Made by a program: the position numbers and the translations under genes. A DNA stretch of 29,681 bases from Candidatus Fraserbacteria bacterium (GTDB lineage Bacteria > Bipolaricaulota > Bipolaricaulia > RBG-16-55-9 > JANLFV01): NCBI GenBank assembly GCA_037446135.1, contig JBBIJD010000012.1, positions 1 through 29,681 on the forward strand, given 5' to 3'. Under the pieces are notes generated by a model. The model had not been told where the DNA came from and searched no databases. It saw only the letters and a list, made by a program, of their open reading frames with translations. This document shows positions 1 through 6,019 of this stretch, piece by piece. The first letter of the stretch is position 1, and each line of letters starts with the position of its first letter.

Positions 1-79
1 CTTTCATGGAGGTGCCCTGAATTTTGGGGACACCCTTCTCATCGAGGATAATATGCTTATATCCTGTTTCAACAGACAT
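1..79 (-). CDS. DUF433-family protein (putative antitoxin-like), 5' part; runs off the window
   Basis: Manual translation from ATG at 79: MSVETGYKHIILDEKGVPKIQGTSMK..., matching the DUF433 N-terminal pattern (I..D..G.P.I.GT.+). Own promoter upstream. Not in the ORF track. Confidence 0.7.
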   Translation of the reverse strand, partial: MSVETGYKHIILDEKGVPKIQGTSMK

Positions 80-104
80 AGGAATCACCCCAGCTTGATG
101 CTTT

Positions 105-134
105 AGTATACCCCCCTGGGTGCCGTCTCTGCAA
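105..134 (-). promoter_or_regulatory. sigma70-type promoter for the DUF433 gene
   Basis: TTGCAG (134-129), 18 nt, TATACT (110-105); 25 nt upstream of ATG 79. Confidence 0.6.
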
Positions 135-147
135 TTCCAAGAATGGC

Positions 148-211
148 AAAATTAGAAGGCCCCATCGCCGCGGCTGGTGCCTTCCCCGTTATTGCCCTCG
201 CCGGCCAGCTT
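148..211 (-). repeat. degenerate copy 3 of the 3' hairpin repeat; probable terminator
   Basis: Minus strand GAAGGCACCA-GCCGCGGCGA-TGGGGCCTTC-TAATTTT (stem 155-184), similar to the hairpins at 681-707 and 1267-1292; begins right after the TAA at 210-212. Confidence 0.6.
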
Positions 212-585
212 AGGAGCCCTTCAGCAGCAGCTTGGTGAGGTCGAGGTGGATCTGGTAGAGCTGGCTCCTCAGCCCCTCGAGCGCATAGTTATAGTCGCTG
301 GAGGCCCTTTGCCCCTCCCGAGCCCGGGCTAGCAGCGCATCGCAGTGCATGATGAGCTCACTCAGCTCATCGAGAAGCGACGCGGCTCGCTCGAGCGCTT
401 CGCTATTGGGGCTTGGCCTCGCGGCTTCGGCTTCAAAGCCATAGGACGGCCCCTGACTGAGAGGTGAACGCTTGAGAGAGGAGCCCTCCCAAGTAGATCG
501 AGCTGAAGCCGACGAGGAAGCCTAAGGCCAGAATGGCACCCACAAGGGCGATCCCCCTCGCCAACCTCCTTCTGTTGACCTTCAT
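210..585 (-). pseudogene. frameshifted gene for a ~125-aa N-terminally membrane-anchored helical protein
   Basis: GGAGG-N6-ATG at 585 gives MKVNRRRLARGIALVGAILALGFLVGFSSIYLGGLL... ending at TGA 435-433 (50 aa). The +1 frame is open from 521 to TAA 212-210 (...SYGFEAEAARPSPNSEALERAASLLDELSELIMHCDALL...LTKLLLKGS*) with no suitable start of its own. Confidence 0.55.
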
Positions 586-607
586 CCCTGCCTCCCTTGC
601 AAGATCG

Positions 608-1111
608 CTAGAACTCCCTTACCCCTGAACCACCTCCGCTTCCGCCCCCAAACTCTACCAGACCAGAGGAGAGCCCGAGGAGGCCCCACCTCCCACCGCT
701 GGGGCCTCCCCTTCTCTTATCCTTCACAGCCGCTTGCCGCTCTCTGCTCTCGCTCCCTTCATATTCTATGGCAATAGTCCTTTCGAGCTTGCCGGTAATC
801 GGATTTACCTTGAATCCCAGAATCTCGAGAGTAGTATAGCCGATGAGCGGCTCCTCCCTCTCCCCTCCGATGGCGATAAGGACCGGCCTCTTCACCTCTT
901 CGATCTCTACTTCGGCTAAAGCGAGCCCGCGCTTAACGCGCCTCCCGTCTGCCAGCGCGACGTCCGTTTCATATTTAGCTTCCAGTTCGAGCTCCCTGGC
1001 CGCGGTCGCGGGGATCTTGGTGAAGGTCGCGCCGATATCCACCAAGGCTTCTAACTCAGCAGCCTTGCCGTTCATCCCATAGATCCTAAGAAGTGCCCGT
1101 GTCTCGCCCAT
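608..1111 (-). CDS. clan AA (retropepsin-like) aspartic protease-like protein with a C-terminal extension
   Basis: From ATG 1111: ALVDIGAT (DTGA-like), LADGR, PLIGYTTLEILGFKVNP motifs of small prokaryotic clan AA proteases. Purine-rich RBS and promoter just upstream. The ORF-track start at 1312 lies inside the upstream repeat and is rejected. Confidence 0.8.
   Translation of the reverse strand: MGETRALLRIYGMNGKAAELEALVDIGATFTKIPATAARELELEAKYETDVALADGRRVKRGLALAEVEIEEVKRPVLIAIGGEREEPLIGYTTLEILGFKVNPITGKLERTIAIEYEGSESRERQAAVKDKRRGGPSGGRWGLLGLSSGLVEFGGGSGGGSGVREF
681..743 (-). repeat. copy 2 of the 3' hairpin repeat
   Basis: 700-743 matches 1285-1328 at 42/44 nt; 8-bp stem AGGCCCCA/TGGGGCCT (681-707); no U-tract. 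Confidence 0.9.
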
Positions 1112-1168
1112 CCTCTTTCTCCTTGGCCTTGGCATACATCCCCATCGATTCAACCCCCGTGCAAAGTC

Positions 1169-1197
1169 ATTGTAAACGATCTTCCACTCTTCGTCAA
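1169..1197 (-). promoter_or_regulatory. sigma70 promoter for the aspartic protease gene
   Basis: TTGACG (1197-1192), 17 nt, TACAAT (1174-1169). Confidence 0.75.
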
Positions 1198-1263
1198 GCT
1201 CTTTCCTTCGATTAGTCCAGTCGAATAGCCGGTTCAAGTTCAGCGTTATCTTATCCGGAGACC

Positions 1264-1328
1264 AAAAGGCCCCACCGCCGCCGATGGGGCCTCCCCCTCT
1301 CTTATCCTTCACAGCCGCTTACCGCTCT
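1264..1328 (-). repeat. copy 1 of the 3' hairpin repeat; intrinsic terminator of the lipoprotein gene
   Basis: Minus strand AGGCCCCA-TCGGCGGCGG-TGGGGCCT-TTT, 21 nt after the lipoprotein stop the repeat begins; 42/44 identity with 700-743. Confidence 0.85.
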
Positions 1329-1349
1329 GGCTCTGTGACCGCCCTCCTC

Positions 1350-2714
1350 CTAGGGGTTCATGATCAGCCAGAGGTTCGAGTCCGTCCAGTTTGTCCCGTC
1401 GCTGTTCCGCAGTGAGCTGTGGAAGAGGTAAAGATTGCTGTTGCTGACGAAAGGTTCAGACCAGTAGTCCCACCACTTGATCGAGCAGTCGGCGTTACAG
1501 CCCGTGGTGACCTGCACTGGCGTGGACCAAGCGGTCAGGTTCGTAGAAGTCGTCTTCTCGATCCACTGGTGCCAATTGACAGGGGTGGCTATGCTAACAG
1601 CCGGAGCCCAGAACAGATGATATGTTCCGGCAAGCTTGACCAGTGCCGGGTCGAAGTCCACAGCGCCGCTGGCAACGACGAAAGTGTTGGACCAAGTCGT
1701 GCCGTCAGTAGAGCTTGCTATGAACACTCCTGTGGGGCCGAAGTAGGCCACTCGGATTGTGCTCCCGTCCAGCATGATCCGCGGCGTGGCCACCCAGCTC
1801 AGACCATCCTGGCTGACCTGGAACGGCCCGGCCCAGTTAGTGCCATCAGCTGAGCTAAAGGCATAGACTTTATCCAAGGCCAGAACGACCCAGATCTTCC
1901 CATTCCACCAGGTGGCGTCCATGTGATGGTTAGTCACAGACTTTAGGTTCTTAATCCCCGTGGCGGTCGGCCCTGTCCAAGTGGCCCCGCCGGTCGTTGA
2001 GGTGAAGTAATAGACATCTGCAGTGGAGCCAAGGATCGTGTAGAGGACCCAGATCTTGCCGGTGTTATCCTGGGAGGCCGCTGGCCAGATCGCTCCGTGG
2101 GCGGTCCCCAAGTCTGTTAACGCCGGAAGCGTCCCCTCCGTCCAGGAAGCCCCGCCATCGGTGGACTTGAGGTAGGCGATATCGTAGCCGCCTCCGGCGG
2201 AGACTCTGTCATCATCCGGGTCAGGCGGAGCCGGTGAAAGCCTCCCGCGGGCAAAGAAGGCCCACAATGTGCCGTCGCTGGCCTTGAAGACACTGGAGTT
2301 CCGGTCGTGATGCGGATCGGCCGTGAGCTGCCTCGCCTTGTAAGTGCAGTCGAGGACGGTGACATCCGTGCCAGCCGTTGTCACCCCGACATAGCCAGTG
2401 ATGTCGAAGTTCCTGATCGTCACATCGGGAGCGCTGACCAGGACATTCCCGACGATCTTCGGCCGGGAGCCGTATTCCCCGATGAGCGTCAGGCCGGGCT
2501 TATCGATAACGAGGTTTCCGGGATATGTCCCGAGCAGGACATAAATGGTCTGCCCGGGGCTGGCCCCATTAATCACATTCTGGATGCTCTCGCCGGGGCG
2601 GACGAGCCAGTTGGCCCCGAACGGCAGCCCAGCGATACAACCGCTCAGGGTGAAGCCCAACCAAGCCAAGACCGCTAAGGTCCCGATAACCTTGAGAACC
2701 CTCTTAGACTCCAT
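1350..2714 (-). CDS. lipoprotein with a short pectin-lyase-like beta-helix start fused to a BNR/Asp-box beta-propeller (sialidase-like fold)
   Basis: Signal peptide with lipobox LSGC; 'PGESIQNVINGASPGQTIYVLLGTY..NLVIDKPGLTLIG' beta-helix cap; Asp-boxes STDGGASW, STTGGATW, SSADGTNW, SSTDGTTW, TSTNLTAW; GGAGG RBS. Confidence 0.8.
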   Translation of the reverse strand: MESKRVLKVIGTLAVLAWLGFTLSGCIAGLPFGANWLVRPGESIQNVINGASPGQTIYVLLGTYPGNLVIDKPGLTLIGEYGSRPKIVGNVLVSAPDVTIRNFDITGYVGVTTAGTDVTVLDCTYKARQLTADPHHDRNSSVFKASDGTLWAFFARGRLSPAPPDPDDDRVSAGGGYDIAYLKSTDGGASWTEGTLPALTDLGTAHGAIWPAASQDNTGKIWVLYTILGSTADVYYFTSTTGGATWTGPTATGIKNLKSVTNHHMDATWWNGKIWVVLALDKVYAFSSADGTNWAGPFQVSQDGLSWVATPRIMLDGSTIRVAYFGPTGVFIASSTDGTTWSNTFVVASGAVDFDPALVKLAGTYHLFWAPAVSIATPVNWHQWIEKTTSTNLTAWSTPVQVTTGCNADCSIKWWDYWSEPFVSNSNLYLFHSSLRNSDGTNWTDSNLWLIMNP

Positions 2715-2754
2715 CCTTCAACCTCCCTCTATTTCGCTTTACTTTTCGGCGCAG

Positions 2755-2778
2755 AAAAGGGCACCCTCGGTCGGTGCC
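2755..2778 (-). terminator. attenuator-like intrinsic terminator ~40 nt upstream of the lipoprotein start
   Basis: Minus strand GGCACC-GACCGAG-GGTGCC-CTTTT. Confidence 0.45.
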
Positions 2779-2875
2779 TGTTCGCCTGGCTCAGATTCCC
2801 TCATCTATCACCCCCTCGATTCGATTCCCCGATCTCCCTTGGCGGGCTCGGACGGCAGGCCGCTGATAGAAGCGC

Positions 2876-2904
2876 TTGACAGACCGAAAGACCGAAGGTA
2901 TGAT
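2876..2904 (+). promoter_or_regulatory. sigma70 promoter convergent with the riboswitch promoter
   Basis: TTGACA (2876-2881), 17 nt, TATGAT (2899-2904); AGACCGAA tandem repeat x2 at 2881-2896. Confidence 0.75.
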
Positions 2905-2910
2905 CGTCCA

Positions 2911-3104
2911 GTTCCCCCAGGTGAGGAGAGAAAAGGGAGGGGTGCCTGGAGGAAAGAGCTCCATGGTTCTCCGCGCCAACGGGTCCAATGGTGCTCACCT
3001 AGCCTAGCACCCCTCCTCTGCTCCCTCTAGCTAGCGGCTTACCTCCTCAATCCCCAAGCCAAGGGAAAAGAAATGGCCCCTCGAGCTAGCTTGCTCGATG
3101 GGCC
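2911..3104 (+). ncRNA. putative structured sRNA (long imperfect hairpin)
   Basis: Downstream of the promoter, nested pairings TTCCC 2912-2916/GGGAA 3063-3067, TGAGGAG 2922-2928/CTCCTCA 3043-3049, GGAGGGGTGC 2936-2945/GCACCCCTCC 3007-3016, GAGC-T-CCAT 2956-2964/ATGG-T-GCTC 2988-2996; no long plus-strand ORF starting after the promoter. Confidence 0.4.
3066..3104 (-). terminator. intrinsic terminator downstream of the riboswitch (possibly bidirectional)
   Basis: Minus strand GGCCC-A-TCGAGC-AAGCTA-GCTCGA-G-GGGCC-ATTTCTTTT. Confidence 0.7.
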
Positions 3105-3233
3105 TACTACTAATCTAATGCCGATCTTCGCCCTTTTAGCGGCTCTGCCGGGTCGCCATCCGATCCCAATCGCGCGCCCTTCCATCCAGCCTCCACAGAA
3201 CCCGTCGGCGCGATCTTTCTTCGCTTTGGTTTG

Positions 3234-3341
3234 GACCCCTGGCAACCCAGCCAGCAGCTTCGCTGCCCGTATGGTGCAGGCAGAGCCTGCTCTGTGGCTT
3301 TGCGCCCCTACCTTACGGTAGGTTTGCCTTTTTCAGGGGCC
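3234..3341 (-). ncRNA. cyclic di-GMP-I (GEMM-I) riboswitch aptamer
   Basis: Minus strand GGCCCCTG AAAAA GGCAAACC TACC GTAA GGTA GGGGCGC AAAGCC ACAG...CTGGGTTGC CAGGGGTC. Hallmarks GGCAAAC, GNRA tetraloop, GG.CGCAAAGC and GGTTGCC; P1 GGCCCCTG/CAGGGGTC. Confidence 0.9.
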
Positions 3342-3368
3342 TGGAGCTCCAACCTCCTAGCCAAGTCA

Positions 3369-3397
3369 AGTATAATCCAGATGAGCCAGTCTGTCAA
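3369..3397 (-). promoter_or_regulatory. near-consensus sigma70 promoter driving the riboswitch leader
   Basis: TTGACA (3397-3392), 17 nt, TATACT (3374-3369); predicted TSS ~3362, ~20 nt before the aptamer. Confidence 0.85.
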
Positions 3398-3527
3398 GTC
3401 CCGCTGTAGTGGGAGAGAAGAGAATCCGCTGAGGAGCTCATCGTTTGCTATCCCTGGGCTTGCTAAGCAACGGTCTGGAACAGTAGAGCTCGCGCTCGGG
3501 CCTCGGTCAGCTTGGCTTCGGCTCGGC

Positions 3528-3556
3528 TTGCAAGGCAAGGGCTGCTCCCCTAGACT
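3528..3556 (+). promoter_or_regulatory. mutS2 promoter (near-leaderless)
   Basis: TTGCAA (3528-3533), 17 nt, TAGACT (3551-3556), 9 nt, ATG 3566. Confidence 0.65.
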
Positions 3557-3565
3557 GGGGCTGGA

Positions 3566-5941
3566 ATGCCAGCGAGAGTGGCGAACGAGCGGACCTTGAG
3601 GGACCTAGAGTATGCGAAGATCAAGGAGATCATCAAGGGCTTTGCCAGCTCGTCTTTAGGGCGGGAGTGGGTCGAGGAGCTTGCCCCTTCGGCCAATCCG
3701 GCGGTCATCCGGGTCCGGCTCGAACGGGTGGAAGAGCTCCGCCGCCTCTTAGAGGAGCGGAGCTTCTCCCTCGGGGCGATCCACGACCTCCGGCCGATCT
3801 TGCGCGAGGCCCGCCAGTCCACCTCTCTCCCCCCGGAGGATTTCCTCCCGATCCTCGAGACGATCCGGGCCGCTCGGACCTTAAGGGAGCGGCTCCAAGG
3901 GTTGAAGGGCTTCCCCAGGCTCCGGGAGATCGCCCGTGGGCTGGGGGTCTTTCGCGAACTGGAGGAGAACATCGCCCGGACGATCGATGAGCAGGGGCAG
4001 CTCCGGGAGGGGGCCTCCCCCCGCTTGCGGGAGCTCACCTCGAGGCGGCGGCTCATCGAGGAGCGGGTCAAACGCGAGCTAGAGGGGATCCTCCAGTCCC
4101 CCGCCTATGCGGGCGCGATCCAGGACGCGGTGATCGCCCGCCGGGGCGGGCGGCTCGTCGTCCCGATCAAGGCCGGGGCGAGGCACCTCCTCGACTGGGT
4201 AGTTCAAGATAGCTCCGATAGCGGCCAGACCCTCTATGTCGAGCCACCGGCGGTCGTGGAAGGGAACAATGAGCTCCGCGAGCTGGAGGGCCAGATCCGA
4301 GAGGAGCGCTTAAGGATCCTGAAGGAGCTGACCGCCCGGCTCAAGCTCGAGGAACGGAAGCTCCTCAAGACCCTGCGGGCGCTGGGCGTGCTCGACGGGC
4401 TCTATGCCGCGGCCAGATTTGCCCAAGAGTGGGGCTGCGCCTCGCCGAAGCTCAACCTCCAGGGCCATATCCACTTGATCGGGGCCCGCCACCCCCTCCT
4501 CCCGAAGGCAACTGTCGTCCCGATCGAGATCAACTTCGGGGCAGGGAATCAAGGGGTCTTGATCACCGGCCCGAACACCGGCGGGAAGACCGTGACTTTA
4601 AAGACGATCGGGCTCCTCCAGCTCTTGGCCCAGTCCGGCTTACAAGTCCCGGCCTCGCCCGACAGTGAGCTGGCCATCTTCAAGCGGGTGAGGAGCGACA
4701 TCGGGAGCGAGGAGTCGATCGAGCAGAGTTTATCAACCTTCTCTTCTCACATGCGGAATATCATCGAGATCTTGAGGGAGGTCGATGGCGAGACCCTCGT
4801 CCTCTTGGACGAGCTCGGGGCGGGGACCGACCCCCAGGAGGGGGCGGCCCTGGGGATCGCGATCTTGAGGTTCCTCCTGCTCAAAGGGGCCAAGCTGGCC
4901 GTTACCACCCACTTCTCGGCCTTGAAGCGGTTCGCCTACCTCAATCCTCGGTTGAAGACCTGCTCGGTCGAGTTCGATGTCGAGACCCTCTCCCCGACCT
5001 ATCGCCTCCTCGAGGGTGTGGGCGCGAGCAACGCCCTGATCGTGGCCGAGCGACTCGGCCTCTCCCGGGAGATCATCGAAGAGGCCGAAAGGACGATCCC
5101 CGAGGGGGAGGTCCGAGTCGAGGAGATCATCCGCGACCTCCAGCGCGAGCGGAGCCTCATCCTCAAGGAGAGGCAAGAGCTGGAGGAGCGGCTCCGCGAG
5201 GCCGACCGACTCCGGCGGGAATATGAGGCCCGGCTCCGCCGGCTGGAGGAGGAGAAGGAACGGGCCCTCTCCGTCGAGCTCCGGGAGCTCGAGGAGTTAT
5301 TGCGCCAGACCAGGCGGGAGCTCGAGGAAGTGCTCCACCAGGCCCGGGAGGAGGCCGAGGCCCGAACGGCCCTCCAGGAGCTGAAGCGGCTCGAGGCCGA
5401 GCTGAAGGCCGCGGGACAGAAGCTAGTCCCGGTCGAGCAGGAGCGGAGCCCTATCAGCCTCGCTGAGCTTAGAGTGGGGCAGCAGGTCTATCTTCTGGGG
5501 GCCGAGCGGATCGGGCTCGTCCGCGAGGTGATCGATGAGGGCCGGATCGCGGTCGAGCTCGATGGCCGGCGGGTCTGGACGAGGCTGGCTGACCTCCGCC
5601 GGCCCGAGCCTGGGGAGGAATTGCGCGGCTTGAGCGAGGCCTCCCATCCCAGGCCGAGGCCGACTTCTTACCAGCTCTCACTCAAGCCCGAGGTGAAGCT
5701 CGAGCTCTCCGTCCACGGCCTCAAGCCCGTCGAGGCCCTGAGCAAGGTCGACCGCTACTTGGACCGACTCCTCCTCGCTGAGGTCGGGAAGGGCTACATC
5801 ATCCACGGGAAGGGGACCGGGGCCTTAAAGCGGGCGATCCGCGAGCATTTAAGAGAATTGCCGTTCGTCAAGGCCTTCTATCCCGCACCGCCTCATGAGG
5901 GCGGGGAGGGCGTGACCGTGGTCGAGCTGGACCTAGGCTAG
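3566..5941 (+). CDS. mutS2: endonuclease MutS2
   Basis: TL..LEY N-terminus, S.SGQT.YVEP, ARHPLL, Walker A ITGPNTGGKT, QSLSTFSSHM, LLDELGAGTDP, coiled coil, C-terminal Smr domain (IIHGKGTGAL). Confidence 0.97.
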   Translation: MPARVANERTLRDLEYAKIKEIIKGFASSSLGREWVEELAPSANPAVIRVRLERVEELRRLLEERSFSLGAIHDLRPILREARQSTSLPPEDFLPILETIRAARTLRERLQGLKGFPRLREIARGLGVFRELEENIARTIDEQGQLREGASPRLRELTSRRRLIEERVKRELEGILQSPAYAGAIQDAVIARRGGRLVVPIKAGARHLLDWVVQDSSDSGQTLYVEPPAVVEGNNELRELEGQIREERLRILKELTARLKLEERKLLKTLRALGVLDGLYAAARFAQEWGCASPKLNLQGHIHLIGARHPLLPKATVVPIEINFGAGNQGVLITGPNTGGKTVTLKTIGLLQLLAQSGLQVPASPDSELAIFKRVRSDIGSEESIEQSLSTFSSHMRNIIEILREVDGETLVLLDELGAGTDPQEGAALGIAILRFLLLKGAKLAVTTHFSALKRFAYLNPRLKTCSVEFDVETLSPTYRLLEGVGASNALIVAERLGLSREIIEEAERTIPEGEVRVEEIIRDLQRERSLILKERQELEERLREADRLRREYEARLRRLEEEKERALSVELRELEELLRQTRRELEEVLHQAREEAEARTALQELKRLEAELKAAGQKLVPVEQERSPISLAELRVGQQVYLLGAERIGLVREVIDEGRIAVELDGRRVWTRLADLRRPEPGEELRGLSEASHPRPRPTSYQLSLKPEVKLELSVHGLKPVEALSKVDRYLDRLLLAEVGKGYIIHGKGTGALKRAIREHLRELPFVKAFYPAPPHEGGEGVTVVELDLG

Positions 5942-5966
5942 ACAGGCGGATCCTTTAATAAAGATG

Positions 5967-5993
5967 AGGAGGGGCTCCTCAGGAGCCCCTCCT
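5967..5993. terminator. hairpin terminator between convergent mutS2 and ABC operon
   Basis: 12-bp perfect stem AGGAGGGGCTCC-TCA-GGAGCCCCTCCT with T-rich sequence on the right and A-rich on the left. Confidence 0.8.
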
Positions 5994-6019
5994 TGCTTTA
6001 CTTTCACAGTTCCGACCGA

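Noticed and set aside
1112..1312. ORF-track N-terminal extension of the protease ORF
   Set aside because: It starts inside the repeat/terminator and spans the gene's own promoter; the family-like sequence begins at ATG 1111.
148..1328. CRISPR array or classical integron attC sites
   Set aside because: Copies are over 500 bp apart and separated by genes; no cas or integrase gene in the window; no RYYYAAC/GTTRRRY boxes recognised.
3234..3341. 3',3'-cGAMP (GEMM-Ib) riboswitch
   Set aside because: The specificity position equivalent to Vc2 nt 20 is G, not A.
3460..3470. TTGCT-A-AGCAA palindrome as an operator
   Set aside because: Short, no second copy noticed, and it overlaps neither promoter; could be chance.
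2545..3599. Short ORF-track calls across the intergenic region (e.g. 2545-3030, 3073-3321, 3231-3599, 3308-3538)
   Set aside because: No recognisable motifs or good RBS; they overlap promoters, the riboswitch and terminators.
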